The notes beneath the pieces are model-generated. The model did not search any database, was not told the origin of the DNA, and worked only from the letters and a program-made list of their open reading frames with translations. A stretch of DNA of 64,000 nucleotides from Octopus sinensis (lineage: Eukaryota), in the NCBI RefSeq assembly GCF_006345805.1, contig NC_043012.1:5456001-5520000 (forward strand), read 5' to 3'. Positions within the stretch are counted from its first letter, which is position 1; each line of letters begins with the position of its first letter. Below are positions 26,417 through 41,300 of this stretch, in pieces. The translations under genes were made by a program, and so were the position numbers.

Positions 26417-29400
26417 TATATTTGTTAATTTTATCTTTCTTTTCTGTCTGTCACTACTCATTCACAAAAGTACCCTCATCATCAACATAATGATAATGAT
26501 AGGCTAACAATAGAGCCTCAAGGTGGTAACTCCACTTGCTAGAAATAGCAGCCAAATCTCCCTCAGATTAAATAGCAAAAAGCTAGAAGGAACAAAACAA
26601 AACAAGGCAATGAATAAAGACAAAAAAAAAACAAAGGTAAAACACGAGTATACTGAATCATATATTGCATATGATTTTTTTTTCTTGCCCTGATCAGAGT
26701 TTTTTGTAGATTTGCTTTTCACTGGATTTTTGAGCATATTGTCACAATCTCAGAGATTCTTGGGTTAATCTTAGTTCAAATTACAATGAATCTCATCATC
26801 ATCATCATCATCGTTTAACATCCGTTTTCCATGCTAGCATGGGTTGGACAATTCGACTGGGGTCTTGGAAGCCAGGAGGCTGCACCAGGCTCCATTCTAA
26901 TCTGGCAGTGTTTCTACAGCTTGATGCCCTTCCTAACACCAACCACTCTGTGAGTGTAGTGGGTGCTTTTTACATTCCACTGGCTCAGGGGCCAGAGGAG
27001 GCTGGCAACGGCCACAGGGGACAAAGGAGTTGGTACCTTTTACATGCCACCGGCATGGGTATCACAACTACAATTTCCATTTGACTTGACTCAATAGGTC
27101 TCCTCAAGCACAGCAGGTCATCCTATGATCCAAGGTACTTTTGGAAGGGCTGGGGCTAGTTATGTGAAAGTGGTGTAGGATACAGCCGTGAACTCACTAT
27201 AGTTAGAAAAAATATGCTGGCATTCTGTTGGTTATGGTGATGAGCATTCCAGTTGATCAGATCAGTGGTACAGACTGCTCCTGAAATTAACATACAAGTG
27301 GTTGAGTACTCCATAGACATGCATACCTTTAATATAATTCTCAGGGAGATTCAGTGTGATACAGAATGTGGTCAGGCTGGTGCTTTGAATTACGGGTGCA
27401 ACTCATTTTTGCCAGCTGAGTGGACAGAAGATACATGAAATAAAGTGTCCTGTTCATTGACACAGTGTGCCACCAGGAATCGAGCTTACAGCCTTTCAAT
27501 CATGAGCCAATCATCTTCTGATCGCTAAGCTACTTGATTTATGTTGGACACTGCATTCATAGAGACCGAGAAGACATGATGGCCATCACTGGAATGTCTT
27601 TGGTCATACATATGTTCAGGCTTGACTTGGGGGATAAACCTCAACATCATATAATGATAATGAAGGAGTCACTACATGGTTCACCTGCTAGAAACAGCAG
27701 CCAAATCTCCCTTGAATCACGTCCTACTACCTTAAAACTATACAACAAATGCATTACATAATGTGATCCTAGAAAGACTGCATCTGAAAAACAAAAACAG
27801 ACAAGATGGTCGTGGTTGGAACGTCGTCTGATTAGAGCTGACCTGGTGCTAAACAATGACAACAGCAACTCCCAGTGTGAAATGATCCATGGTAGATCTG
27901 ATTACTATCATAATGTACTAGCTTATTCTATTCAGCCCAGGTACATTTGGCCAGCTTCATTGGTCATTATACCTCTAAGACTGTCAGTTCAAGTCCTACA
28001 CTATCCAGTCTAGATGACCAAATTTCATTAGTCATATTTAATTCTAAGTCTCTTTTTCTCCAACTGGGGTATCCTTGCATCTCTTCTACAGCAAAACACC
28101 TGTCTCTATTCCTCTATTATTCTGCCCTCAATACCACTCCACCACCTCTAGTCAAGGGGGCTTTGAAAGTGAATCCATTTATGTAAAAAATAAAACATAT
28201 AATAACTTATTATTAAATTCATTAAATTATATTAAAAGACACCTTAATGATTATCTTGTAGAACCTCAGAATTTTTTCAGCAAACCTTAGGGTTCCTTGG
28301 GACCTCCTCAAGTCATCTGTCAAACAGTTTAAATGTGCTTCTTACTGATTGAAAACCTGCACGAGGACATCATATGATCCATTGACCTCTCAATTGGTCA
28401 AAATATAAAAGTCTTAATTTTCCATCCACCTCTTTCACTTGTTGTATTTATTTGCTTGGTGATTCCGTTTTTCTTTTATTTTGTGAAATTTTGGAGTTTT
28501 CTTTTGGTGTTGTTTTTCCAATAGGAACAGAAAGAAAATGCTTTGTTGTTTTATGGAAGGGGTCAATAATTGCTTATTTTCTTTCTATTTTCTAAATGTT
28601 TTTGATTTTGTTGTTGTCATTGCTGTTGTTGTTATTGTTGTTGTATTACATAATAGCCCTAGATTTTGAAGATAAGAAGGTAACCAAGTGCCCTACATAT
28701 CTCATTTGACTCAGCTGCTAATGCTCATGGGAAAGGCTTAAACATCACAACTTCCCAATTCCCCTATGCTTAAAGTCTTATATTTCATGCCTTATATATG
28801 TAAAAAAAAATATTGTTGTTCTAATTTTGCTTATTTTATATTATTTTTCAATGTTTTCCTGTGATGTTAATTGCACCTGATCCTGTCCCTTTATCATACT
28901 TTAGCCTCTCAATACAGTGACTGTCACTGTCCCTCAATATTGCACCTTAGTTCTATCGAGGGATCTTGTCTTGCAAGTTACTTGATGATCTCCCTAGCAC
29001 GGGTTTCATGGAAAAGCAAAAACCAAAACACCCAATATAATCTCTAAAGTGGTTGGCATTAGGAAGGACCACCAACCATAGAAACCTTGCCGACGCTGAC
29101 ACTGGAGCCCATCAAACAGATGTTGACAACCAGGGCTTTAGTGGAAAACACATGCCCAAGGTGTTGTGCAGTGGGAATGAACTCAAACCCACATGGTTGG
29201 GGAACTTCTTACCACATGGCTACCATACTTGTGCGTTAGCAAATTTTTTTTTTATAAATTTCGCTTTTCAGAGTTTTCTCCCCTTATCAGTTTTAATGAG
29301 AATTAATCTTGAAAATTTCTCTTCATGATGGGTGCAATTTTAATTGGTTTAAACATTTTAGGAAAACGTTTGGAGGCTGCTAATTATTCCATCGGGTATG

Positions 29401-31379
29401 TTAGGTCTGCACTTAATTATTGTAGGATTAAACAGTGTTTTTTAGTTTCTGATTTTTTAATATTTTTACAGCTGGTGGAATCAATTGCCACAACCTATGT
29501 GGGAACAAATGCCTACATGGCAGTAAGTACTATTTTATTGTGCTTCTGTACATTGCATCATCATCAGTCTCATCATTAGCATCATCCTCATCAACATCAT
29601 TTTACATCTGTTTCCCCAGTCTGTTCCAGCGCTTAGCATCTACCACTTGTCAGTGAATGCATTTATTATTGACCGGTCAAATGTGTGTGTATAAAAGAGA
29701 GAAGGAAAAAGAGAGACTGTGTATATATGTGTATGTATGAAGGCATTCGAAGACTATTCTCTTCACACCAATAAATATACATACAAAGTAAAAATGTAGG
29801 TATGTGCATTATCTATCTATCTATCTATTAATCTATCTCTCTATCTATTTATCCATTTATCTACCTATTTATCCATCTATCTATCTATCTGCCCCTCTGT
29901 ATCTATCTATCTGCCCCCTGTATCTATCTACCTATCTATTTATCTATTTATCTGAGTGTGTCATGTATATGTTTACCCATTCATTTTATCATAAAATAAA
30001 ATGTTTTAAGTTTTGAATAATGGAAGTCTACAGGTTGATTGTTATATTTATTGGCAATATTTTAAATATTCTAAAGACAGAGAGCTGGAAGAATTGTTAG
30101 CATGCCAAGTTGTTTAAGTGATAATAATGAAGTCAAACCAAATAACAATATTTTGAAATGATTTAATACACACATTTCAGGTTTGCATGATATATAATAT
30201 GCGAAAAGATATAATACCAATAATTTGAGATGCTTCAACTGAGGAAGGTTTACGTAATGGATGCATTTCCTATTATATTTCATGCAAACCTGAAACACAT
30301 ATAATAAATGATTTCTAAGTATTACTATTTGGTTTGACTTTATCATTAAAATTATATATATATATAGGCACAGGCATGGCTGTGTGGTAAGAAGCTTGCT
30401 TTCCAACCACATGATTCCAGGTTCAGTCCCCTGCATGGCACCTTGGGCAATAGTCTTCTGCTATAGTTGCAAACTAACCAAAGCCTTGTAAGTGGATTTG
30501 GTAGACAGAAACTGAAAAAAGCCCATTGTATATATGTATATATATATGTATGTATGTATATATTTGTGTGTCTGTGTTTGCCCCCACCCCCACCATCACT
30601 TGACAACCGGTGTTGGTGTGTTTACTATGCTTACTAAGAACAATTCCTGGGGTTGATTTGTTCAACAAAAGGCTGTGCTCCAGCATGGTTGCAGTCAAAT
30701 GACTGAAACAAGTAAAGGAATAAAAGAATATATATATATACAAGAGAAGCTTGAAGCTTCCATAAAACTTATTACACACAATTCGAAACCCTTTACAACT
30801 ATTTTTAAGTCTAAAATATTTATTTCCCCTATGGCCATTATTCTTCCCTGAAGACTTTTGCTGTTATTACATTACTTTTTGAATTTTTTTTTTATGAATG
30901 ACTGCATTATGTAATTTCTCTCTTCAGCCTGAACGTCTTCAGGCCAAGGAATATGGCATGCCAGCAGATGTTTGGAGTTTGGGTGTTACTTTATTCGTGG
31001 TAAGGTTTTGCATTATGTATCCAAAATTCATGGCTTTTGTAGAATTTTTTGTAATATTATGTGTAATATTATTTCTCTGTCTAAAGGATTTCTGATAAGA
31101 GATATCTTACATGTTATTCCCACATGTACAATTTTATAACTTCTATTAGCAAATGTAATGGTGAATAAATAATAACAATTTTTTTTTTTTTTGTAATCTC
31201 CTGTTTTAATACATAATTACTCTGCCAAAAATATTTTCCAAAATTCCTCACACGAATGTAACATCTACATATGACTTTGGAGTGTCGAAGTAAGCAGATG
31301 TGCTTCAAGAGAACACGGCTTGGATTATAATCCTGTCTACATAATTTTATATATATGTATGTGTATGTGTATGTATATA

Positions 31380-31426
<47 letters not shown>

Positions 31427-31455
31427 TATATATACATGTATGTGTATGTATATAT

Positions 31456-31494
<39 letters not shown>

Positions 31495-31727
31495 TTTCTC
31501 ATTCAGTCATACCTTTTTTTTATTTTGCTTTATCACCAAGTAATTGTCCTTCTCCACACACACACACACACACACACCATCTCTTCTATTTTCTTCTTCT
31601 CACTTTCTCATTTCTCTCCTTTCAGTTTGCTACTGGAGAGTTTCCATTTTCATTGGTAAGTTATCTTTTTTTTCCTCTTAAATTTCAACATCTTCAGTTT
31701 TTTTATTCCCTTTCTGTTTTTTCTTTC

Positions 31728-31817
<90 letters not shown>

Positions 31818-33539
31818 CTCTCACAAAGACCAGTGTTCTAGTAAGTAAGAAAACAGATAGGACCCTACCTGCTTCAGGTAAATGACCCTACTTGATAAGT
31901 AGGAAAGGTGTAAGCAGGAATTCCAAATGGTATACCGAGTGCAAGCAATGGACACTCAAGAGGCGCAGTAGAATAACAGGAAGGTTACATGCTTAGCAGT
32001 ATTTCGTCTGTCTTTACGTTCTGAGTTCAAATTCCGCTGAGGTTGACTTTGCCTTTCATCCTTTCAGGGTTGATAAATTAAGTACTAGTTGCGTACTGGG
32101 GTTGATTTAATCAACTGGCCCCCTCCCCAAACATTTTTGGCCTTGTGCCTAGAATATAAAATTTAAAAAAAAGAAAAAAAGAATATGCCATGCTTGAGAA
32201 GGAAGACCCATCAAGCCAAGTCATGGCAGATACTGGTGTCACACAAATGGCACCTGTGCCGCTGGCATGTAAAATCATCCATTACACTCTCAGAGTGGTT
32301 GGCATAAAGAAGGGCATCCAGCCATAGAAACCATGCCAAATCAGACTGGGATCTGGTAAAGCCCCTCAGCTTACCAGCCCTGGTCAAACTGTCCAACCCA
32401 TGCTAGCATGGACAACAGACGTTAAATGTTGATGATGACTATTTAGAAAGCGAGAGAGAGAGAGAGAGAGTGGGGAGGTGGAGGTTTAACATAGCCAAGG
32501 TAATATAATTTCATAGTGTTCGTGGTATCGTTGTGAGGATCTGATCAAAGATTTTGCAATTAAAAAATGCAGAAGAAATCTTTTTCAAGTATAAATTAAC
32601 CCCTTACCCAACAATTATTTTGAAAATAAATGTATTTTTTCAGACATATTTTTTAATTGTTTTATTTTACTATGTTTTGAATGGTGATTTCGAGGTATAT
32701 TTCAAACCTTATTTATTATGAATTTTAATTCAACAATATTGATTTTAAATTACCGCTTTGGGCAGAAACGAGTTAACCCGTTAATAGACGAAGGAACTCG
32801 TTTGCTGTCGATTTTGGCGAGTCTATCTTTTGATGAGTTAACTCACCAGAGATAGAAAAAAACGATTTTGGTCAAAATGCATATATTCGTTTCTGCCGGG
32901 TAAGGGGTTAAAGTGGAAGTTAGCAAAAATAAACATTATCTTCCATTTTAGTTTTGTTTCATTTTTAAAATATTAAAAATTTTTTTTTGGTTTATTATTG
33001 TTTATATTTTGAATTACATATACATGGAGGCACCAAAGTCTTTTAGGTGCTCAGGGTCTTCATGGGTCTTAACCTCAGAGAGGTGACCCTGCTTTATAAG
33101 AATCACAGAGCTCAATATCAATGATGACCAAGACAGGATCAGATTACAGAACTAGCAATTTTGTTTTGGTATTTAAATTGCTACTGGAACCATAAAGTTG
33201 CCTGATGCTCTATGAGGAATAGAAGGGACTACAATTGAGACTCTCTCTCTCATGTCATATATATAAATGCTGTAGTTAGAGTGGTTTAGCTTTTATTTCT
33301 AGCAATGTAGATGTTTTTTAATGCCCTAGTCACATTTAGTTATAATTCTTCTTTATGGTGAAACATTGCAAACTGCTGTTTATGTTAATTTTATATATAT
33401 ATATAGGAGTGGCTGTGTGGTAAGTAGCTTGCTTCCCAACCACATGGTTCCAGGTTCTTGGCACCATCTACTCTAGCCTCGGGCCAACCAAAGCCTTGTG
33501 AGTGGATTTGGTAGACGGAAACTGAAAGAAGCCCGTCGC

Positions 33540-33581
<42 letters not shown>

Positions 33582-35272
33582 TATTAATGTTTGTGTGTCC
33601 TCCCAGCATCGCTTGACAACCGATGCTGATGTGTTTATGTCCCTGTAACTTAGTGGTTCGGCAAAAGAGACCGATAGAATAAGTACTAGGCTCACAAAGA
33701 ATAAGTCCTGGGGTCAATTTGCTCGACTAAAGGCGGTGCTCCAGCATGGCCACATTCAAAATGACTGAAACAAGTAAAAGAATATACCTCTATCTCTCTT
33801 CTGTCATATAATTGTCGTTTTGTTGTTCTGTATGTTGTCCAGAATATATTCACTAATGGTCATCTTCTTTCATTTCTTTCTTCCTGTACCCAAAAAGGCA
33901 CATGGTCACGTAAGTAATGCTCTTTTATTCTATATGTCCTCTTCTTCCTCCTCCTCATCCTCCTCCTTGTTAGTGTTGCTGTTGATGCTGTTACCATAGT
34001 TGTTCTTTAACCCCTGGCCACCTCTGATTGGGCAGACTTCTGATCAAAGGCATTCTAGCCATGACCATCAATCATTTTGTATTATCTAGCACTACATCGG
34101 TCAGTAGTTCTTTGTGTTGTTGAGATGCTAGATGTATGACTGAGATAATTTGGCCGCCATTTCTAGCAAGTCAGTCAACCACATAGAGGCAAGCTTGTGT
34201 TGCTGTTGTTGTTGTATTGTTCTCGGTGTTATTTCGCCCCGAGTCAACACTGATTGAGCAAACTTATGATCAAAAACATTGCAGACTTGACCACTCTGCC
34301 TAAGGTAAAGGAGCAGAATTCAGGAAAGGGTTTGACTGCTATTTTTAGTTGGTTGAACAGCCTCATTGAGACTCCTTTATTTACTTATAAAAGGTCTTTG
34401 TATTTTGAAAGTTTCTCCTCCACCACTACCACCACCATCATCATCATCATCATCATCATCGTCGTCGTCGTCGTCGTCGTCATCATCATCATCATCATCA
34501 TCAACAACAACAACAACAACAACAAGGCAGCGAGCTGGCTGAATCATGAGCACACCAGGCAAAATGGTTAGCAGAATTTTATTCATCTTCATGTTCTGAG
34601 TTCAAATTCTGCTGAAGTTGACTTTGCCTTTCATCTTTCAGGGTCAATAAAATGAGTACCAGTTGAACATTGGGGGCAATTTAATCAACTTAGCCACTCC
34701 CCCAAAGCACACACCATCAAAGTGACACTGAGGTAAAATATACGAAACCCAGAGTATACCCATCATGACTACCCGTCTAATAAGGGTACACCAGGCACAT
34801 GCATCATAACCATATGTGCACGTCATGGTGATCTCATATCAAGATAAACAGCATGTGTCCTTGCAGATGAGGCCCAGTTAGAATTTTCTTCAGGTTGAGT
34901 AGTGCATCCTGCTCAAATGGTGCCTGAATAAGATTTGTTTAAAGATGAACAAAACACCCATGCTTCCAGAGGTAAATTATTCAAGCCCCAAAGAATTCCT
35001 CTTAATACATGGCTACTTCTGCTCATGATCAGAGATGCACATATCGTCAGCCACTACTTCTGCTCGTGATCAGAGATGCACATATCGTCAGCCACTAAGG
35101 GACATGCTCAACTGGTTATGGTCAAACAACTGACAAGCAAATCTGTGGTACTGAGCAGAATATTTACTGTAGCCCAGCTTTTATACCAAGACAAAACAAT
35201 GTACATGACAACACTTCCAATCAGTTAAGATCAGAAGCCATGAGGGCCACTGCCTGGTACTGCATCAGGGTA

Positions 35273-35312
<40 letters not shown>

Positions 35313-35323
35313 CCACCACCACC

Positions 35324-35357
<34 letters not shown>

Positions 35358-38300
35358 TTACTGTCATTATTATCATCATCATCATCATCATCATCATTAT
35401 TATTATTATTATTATGTGGGCAGCGAGCTGGCAGAACCATTTGCACCCTAGGGCAAAATGTTTAACAGTGTTTCGTGTTTTTTTATATTCTGAATCCAAA
35501 TTCCACCAGGGTCAATAAAAGAAGTTCTAATCATGCACTGGGGTCAATGTAATCGACTAACCCCAGCAACCAAAATTGATGGCCTTGTGCCAAAATTTGA
35601 AATAATGATTATTTTTATTGTTATTGTTCTGGCAGAATCGTTACTGCACCAGAAAAAATGCTTAACAGCATTTCTTCCAACTTCTGAGTTCAAATTCCAC
35701 TGGGGTTGATATAATCAACTGGCACCCTGAAGTGCAATGGACTCATAGTTGAATGCCTGGATAACATCCTATAGCTGAAACACCTTATAGCAGAAACGGC
35801 TGTAAGCTGATGGAAGTCATTACATAACCATTGTTTTACCTGTGTCATCTCTTTGTCTTATTACCACTCTAACACTTTGTTCTGAAAACATATGTACATT
35901 GAGTTCTACATTGGATTACTGGTCTCGCAATGCCTAAGTGAAATATGTATGTGTGTGTGTGTGTATGTATGGAAACAATTTAACATTAAGTTGAAGAATT
36001 ACTTAATGCTTTTTAGTGGAGAACATGTTTGTTAAACTTCTGCAAGAAGTGGGGTGACAGTAGCTTTGAAGTTTCGGCTTGCTAACCTTTGTCAGTCTAC
36101 ATTGAGGAGACCCCCTTTGGCCATAAATGACCATGGGATTGCACCTAGAAAGTTTCCCTCCGAGGCACAAGTCCAAGCAAGGTTGTTTGTGGAAGACCAT
36201 CAGCCACCCATGCATACCAGCCTCCCCTCTCGTTTCTACAGCTGGGTTAACTGGAGCAACATGAAATAAAGTATCTTGCTCAAGAACACAACACACAGCC
36301 CGGTCTGGGAATCGAACTCACAACCTCATGATCGTAAGTTCAACGCTCTAACCACTGAACCATGGGCCTTCACTACATTACAAATCAATATAACATTGAA
36401 TGTTGTTCTTAAGAATTAGTATCCCAATGTATTTACTGACAGAAGACCCTACCCACACACACACACACACATTCCTACTTTGGCTTCTCTTTTCTTCTAT
36501 ATATATATATATGTGTGTGTGTGTTTATCTGTCTTGCTCTTTTGTAGGTGGGCGAGGTGTTGAAAACAATTGTGGAACAAGTAAGTAGACAACCTAAATT
36601 CCCTTTCTTCGTTTTACTTCTCCTTCTCTTTCCTTTTCACAAATAATATGCATATATACATCATCATAATCATTACTGCAACATCCACTTTTCCAGGCTC
36701 ACCTGAGTCAAGCAGAATTTGTTGAGGTAAATTTTCTACAGTCAGATGCCCTTCCTGTTGCCAGTCCTCACCTGTTTCCATGTAAGGCAATAATTCCTCA
36801 TGCCCAGACATGTTTTCTTGAGTCTAGGACATTTACCCCCCCACCATGGACACTAGTACCATCATCACCACCACCACCAAGGACAGTTACCCCTGAGGAC
36901 AACAGATGATGATTCAAAACTTCTTAATATATTGGAGAGGGGGTAATTGTCATGGGGGTAGTTGCTGTCAGAGGAATTGTCCTATGGGGAGTAATTGTTC
37001 TGATACAGTTTTCCCAGAAGATTGGAAATAAAGGCCACTACTTACAGCATGGTGACACTCACATACAACTATTACATGATGTCAAGTTAAGAAGTCAGTA
37101 ACACACACACTGCAAACAGTATTTGTTCCCATGGTGACTGTCTCAGGAAAAGATAAAACAATGTTTTTATTTTTTGAGATACATTCTTCAAATTTGGGTC
37201 AGTTTGTCTTCATGACATGTTCTGTCAATCTCACTTGATTGACCTGCTTTTGGCCGCAATGACATCTTCCAGGTGACCTTGGAACTGGCCACTAGCCTTT
37301 ATCATTATCTTCTGTTTTAGGCCCCTAAAGGCCCTGATTCAATCCTGGCCCTCAGCTCTTCCTTTGTGTTGCAGCTAGATTTGTTTGTTTCTCATTCCAC
37401 CGCTCCCCACACAAGGAAGTTGAGGGTTTGCAGTCAGGTAAGTTGGAAGGTCAAATATCAAGAGCTGTGTGGTCAATGAAATTTTCAAGCAGCCAGGCCT
37501 GGGTATTCTAGCTGTTGTGGAAGAGTACAGACTCTTGCTGCCATACATAATTGCCTACCTGCAGCTATCCAGTCAGCCCAGGACTTCACCACTTTTCTCA
37601 GAACACAGATGTAGCTGTCAGTGTTCAGGCTGAGGCTCTCAGGGGAAAAGCGAGATGGCATGGCATCACTTTCATTGCTGATGACACTGAAAACCATGGT
37701 TGTCATTGACAATTTCATCTGGATGTCTCTGAACATGTTGGGTGAGACAGCAAGCCACCTGTTGTTCTGGGAGTTGATCTTGTGCTCTTAACAGAAATTC
37801 TTCTCATCAGAATTGAAGGCGATGAGCTGGCAGAAACGTTAGCATGCTGGGCGAAATGCTTAGTGGTATTTCATCTGTCTTTACTTTCTGAGTTCAAATT
37901 CCGCTGAGGTTGACTTTGCCTTTCATCCTTTTGGGGTCGATTAAATAAGTACCAGTTATGCACTGGGATCGATATAATCGACTTAATCTGTTTGTCTGTC
38001 CTTGTTTGCCCCCTCTATGTGTAGCCCCTTGTAGGCAGTAAAGAAATAAGAAATTCTTCTTATGAGAGAAGAACCACAACATGTCTGGCTCCAGCAAGTG
38101 TTTCAACTTGTTTATCAGCTTCGTATTGTGCTTGAGTCGCTTTTCCTGCATCGTTTTGGACAGAGATTATCCTCTCCTCATCTTGTATGAAAAGTAGCAA
38201 ATGTCCTCGTGCAACACCAGCCTGATGAGCTTTTCATCCACACCGTTCTCCCATGCTATGACATGCATCGACTTGCTGAGATCATTGTTGATGATCTCTT

Positions 38301-41300
38301 GGATTTCAGCAACAAATTCCGGCATTCTGATACCATTAAATTATCCGTCATGGGTTTTTCTCTCTCCTGTAATCTCATAGATGAATCCTGAACCCTTCAG
38401 CTCCTTTCTGACCTTTTTCACCATCCTTCTGCTGACATTGAAAATGTCTGAAATCTCCTTGTTTGTCCTCTAATGCAGATTCCAAGGAGGACTCCATGCC
38501 TCTTCCACAAATTGGGAGGGGTTCAAAATTTTCCAAAGTCAGTTATTCTGCAAAAAAATAAAGCAAAATGGTTATTGTTTTTAAGAAGGAAAAGACCAAC
38601 AACGAAAGTAAAAAAAAACACATAAAAATTAACAGTTGAAAATTGCAAACAAATACCATCCACATCTTGTGTATATATACAACATGTTTCTTTCAGTTTC
38701 TGTCTACTAAAGCCACTCACAAGACTTTAATCAGCCTTTGGTTATAGTTTGAGAGACTTGCCCAAGGTGCCACTCAGTAAAACTGAACTCAGAAACATGT
38801 GGTTGGAAAGCAAACTTCTTAGCACAGATTTACACCTGTGCCAATGCACAAACACACACACACACATATGGCACAATGCCACCTCCCTCAATACCACTTC
38901 CCTTCTCAGTTGAGGGACCTTTGTCTCACAAGTTACTTCCCATGTAAAAGGTAAAAAAACACCCAGTCCACTCTGTAAAATGGTTGGCACTAGGAAGGAA
39001 ATCCGGCTGTAGAAACCACCCCAAAGCAGACAGTGGAGTTTGGCACAGTTCTCTGGCTTACCAGCTCCTGTCAAACCATCCAACTCATGCCAGTATGGGA
39101 GACTGGCATCAAATGATGATGATGATAGATTTATTTGTGCTCTTCTTCATTATCATTGTGATCACTTAATACTTAATATTTGTCTTCCATAGTGGTATTC
39201 AACAAGGACTGCATGGTACTCCCATATATAGAGGGCGGGTGAGTGAGAAAAGGAAAGAGAGTAGCAATCAAGCACTCTTCACACCTTTGGTTGGAGTTAC
39301 AGTATTTAATAACAGTTTGACTTAAGTTAAGGTCTCATGGATGTAGGACACAGCCACCTCATCAGATGTTGAGAAAGAAAATGGAGAAAGCTTAAAAGAA
39401 CTTGCTTCACACCATCCATTTGATGGTGTGAAGCTGGTTCTTTTAAGCATCACAAGACACAGGCATGGCAGCTAATGATTTTAAGGAAAGATAAATGCAA
39501 CACATGTACTTCTCTATCTTACTTTATCTGGAAACTGCAGGACCACTGAAACACCTTCCCCAACGTCACTTGGATCATCCTTGACAAAGCCTCCTCCCTA
39601 CTTACTCAGAGCTTCAAATTGCCAACTCTTCTTCTGTGAGAAACTGCACATATTCTACCATCAGTAGCCTAAATACCTAGGTATTTCAGCTTCCATTGGT
39701 CAGTTCAAGTCACATGGTTGTTTTTGCTACCATAGCAACATCAGTTAGGCACACATGGTGGAGCAGACAGGATGTAGGTATCACTTTATCAGCATCCTGC
39801 AGCATGATGTATTCAGCATTAATCAGTTCTTTGTATTGGGTACTGCATATGGTAGGACAGACAAAATGTTGCCACCAATTAGTCATTTGTGTGGTATTTT
39901 AGCAACAGCAATTATCGTGTGAGGAGTAACCAATTTGATGATGCTAGATCATAAACAACTTTGTGTGACTGACATGAGAAAGCTGTAATCTCCACAGGCA
40001 TAGGAATGATATACATTGCCATTGGGTATGAAATTCATTAACAATAAGATTGGTTAATTTTCCTATTGGTGGATATCACTGGCTGGTGGAATATGTGCAG
40101 TTTGCACACACATAGAATTGGTAATTTAAAGCTCTGAGTGAGTAGGGAGAAAACTTTGTCAAGGATGATCCAAGTGACATTGGGCAAGGTGTTTCAATGG
40201 TCCTGCAGTTTCCAGATAATGTAAGATAGAGAAGTACATGTGTTGCATTTATATTTCCTTAAAATCATTAGCTGTCATGTCTGTGTCTTGTGATGCTATT
40301 GGATGGTGTACAGTTGGTTCTACAAACCACAACCTTTAATAGGCAAGACTTTCTTAGTGGGTATTTGTTAGGATTTCAAAAGTTACAGGTTGAAACATGG
40401 AGTGGAGATTCTGTGATTACATGTTTATATCTGTTGTAGCATGCAGTGTTAAAAGTGATATTATTTAATCATTAATAGCTAATATTGACATTATGTAAAT
40501 TTTAAAAGTTTATGATATCTAAAGGTTCTTGGGAAATGCTTTTTAATTTGTGTCAGGAAGCTCCAAGCTATATTAGTAGAAACTTCTAGATTGAAACACT
40601 CTTCCAATTTATAGGTGAAGAAGGGGATCCTCCGTGTACACTAACTTAGATCAACCAACCAACAAACAGACAGAGATGTGAATACATCTTAACTGTTTAA
40701 AAATTTTTTTTTCCATTTCTCTTCAGCCTCCACCCAGATTATCTGAAGAACACTTCTCAGCAGAATTAGTTCATTATGTCACAAAATGGTAAGTTTCTCA
40801 ACTTGGTATCTTATTTAGATATCAAGGAATTAAAATAACATAAAAAACAAAATTACAATGCCTTGTTCATGCCATCTTTTATTTCTTGTCTTTGTATTAA
40901 GATTTTTTTTTGTGGGGGGAGGGGTTATAAAAAAAAATCAAATCCTTGTTCACAAAAGAAGACACTCTTCACAAAAATAAAATTCAGTTCCTCTCAATTC
41001 CTCAAAAAACATCATTTGCAGAAATCTCTCGTTCATAAGAGTTTGTGAAGAAAATATTTGGATTCATCCTGACAGAAACATGATATTTTTTTTCTTTTAT
41101 TTATCTTATTCCTTTTACACTGCATTAATAACAACAACAACAACAACAACATTACCATCAATATCATCAGCAACAACATCAAAATCAACAACAGCTGCAC
41201 CACCAAGTTCAAGGTTGGCAATAACAACACTAAAGTCAGCCTTCATATAATCAAGAACAAAAACAATAGCGATTCCACCAACCAGCTTGACATCATCATC

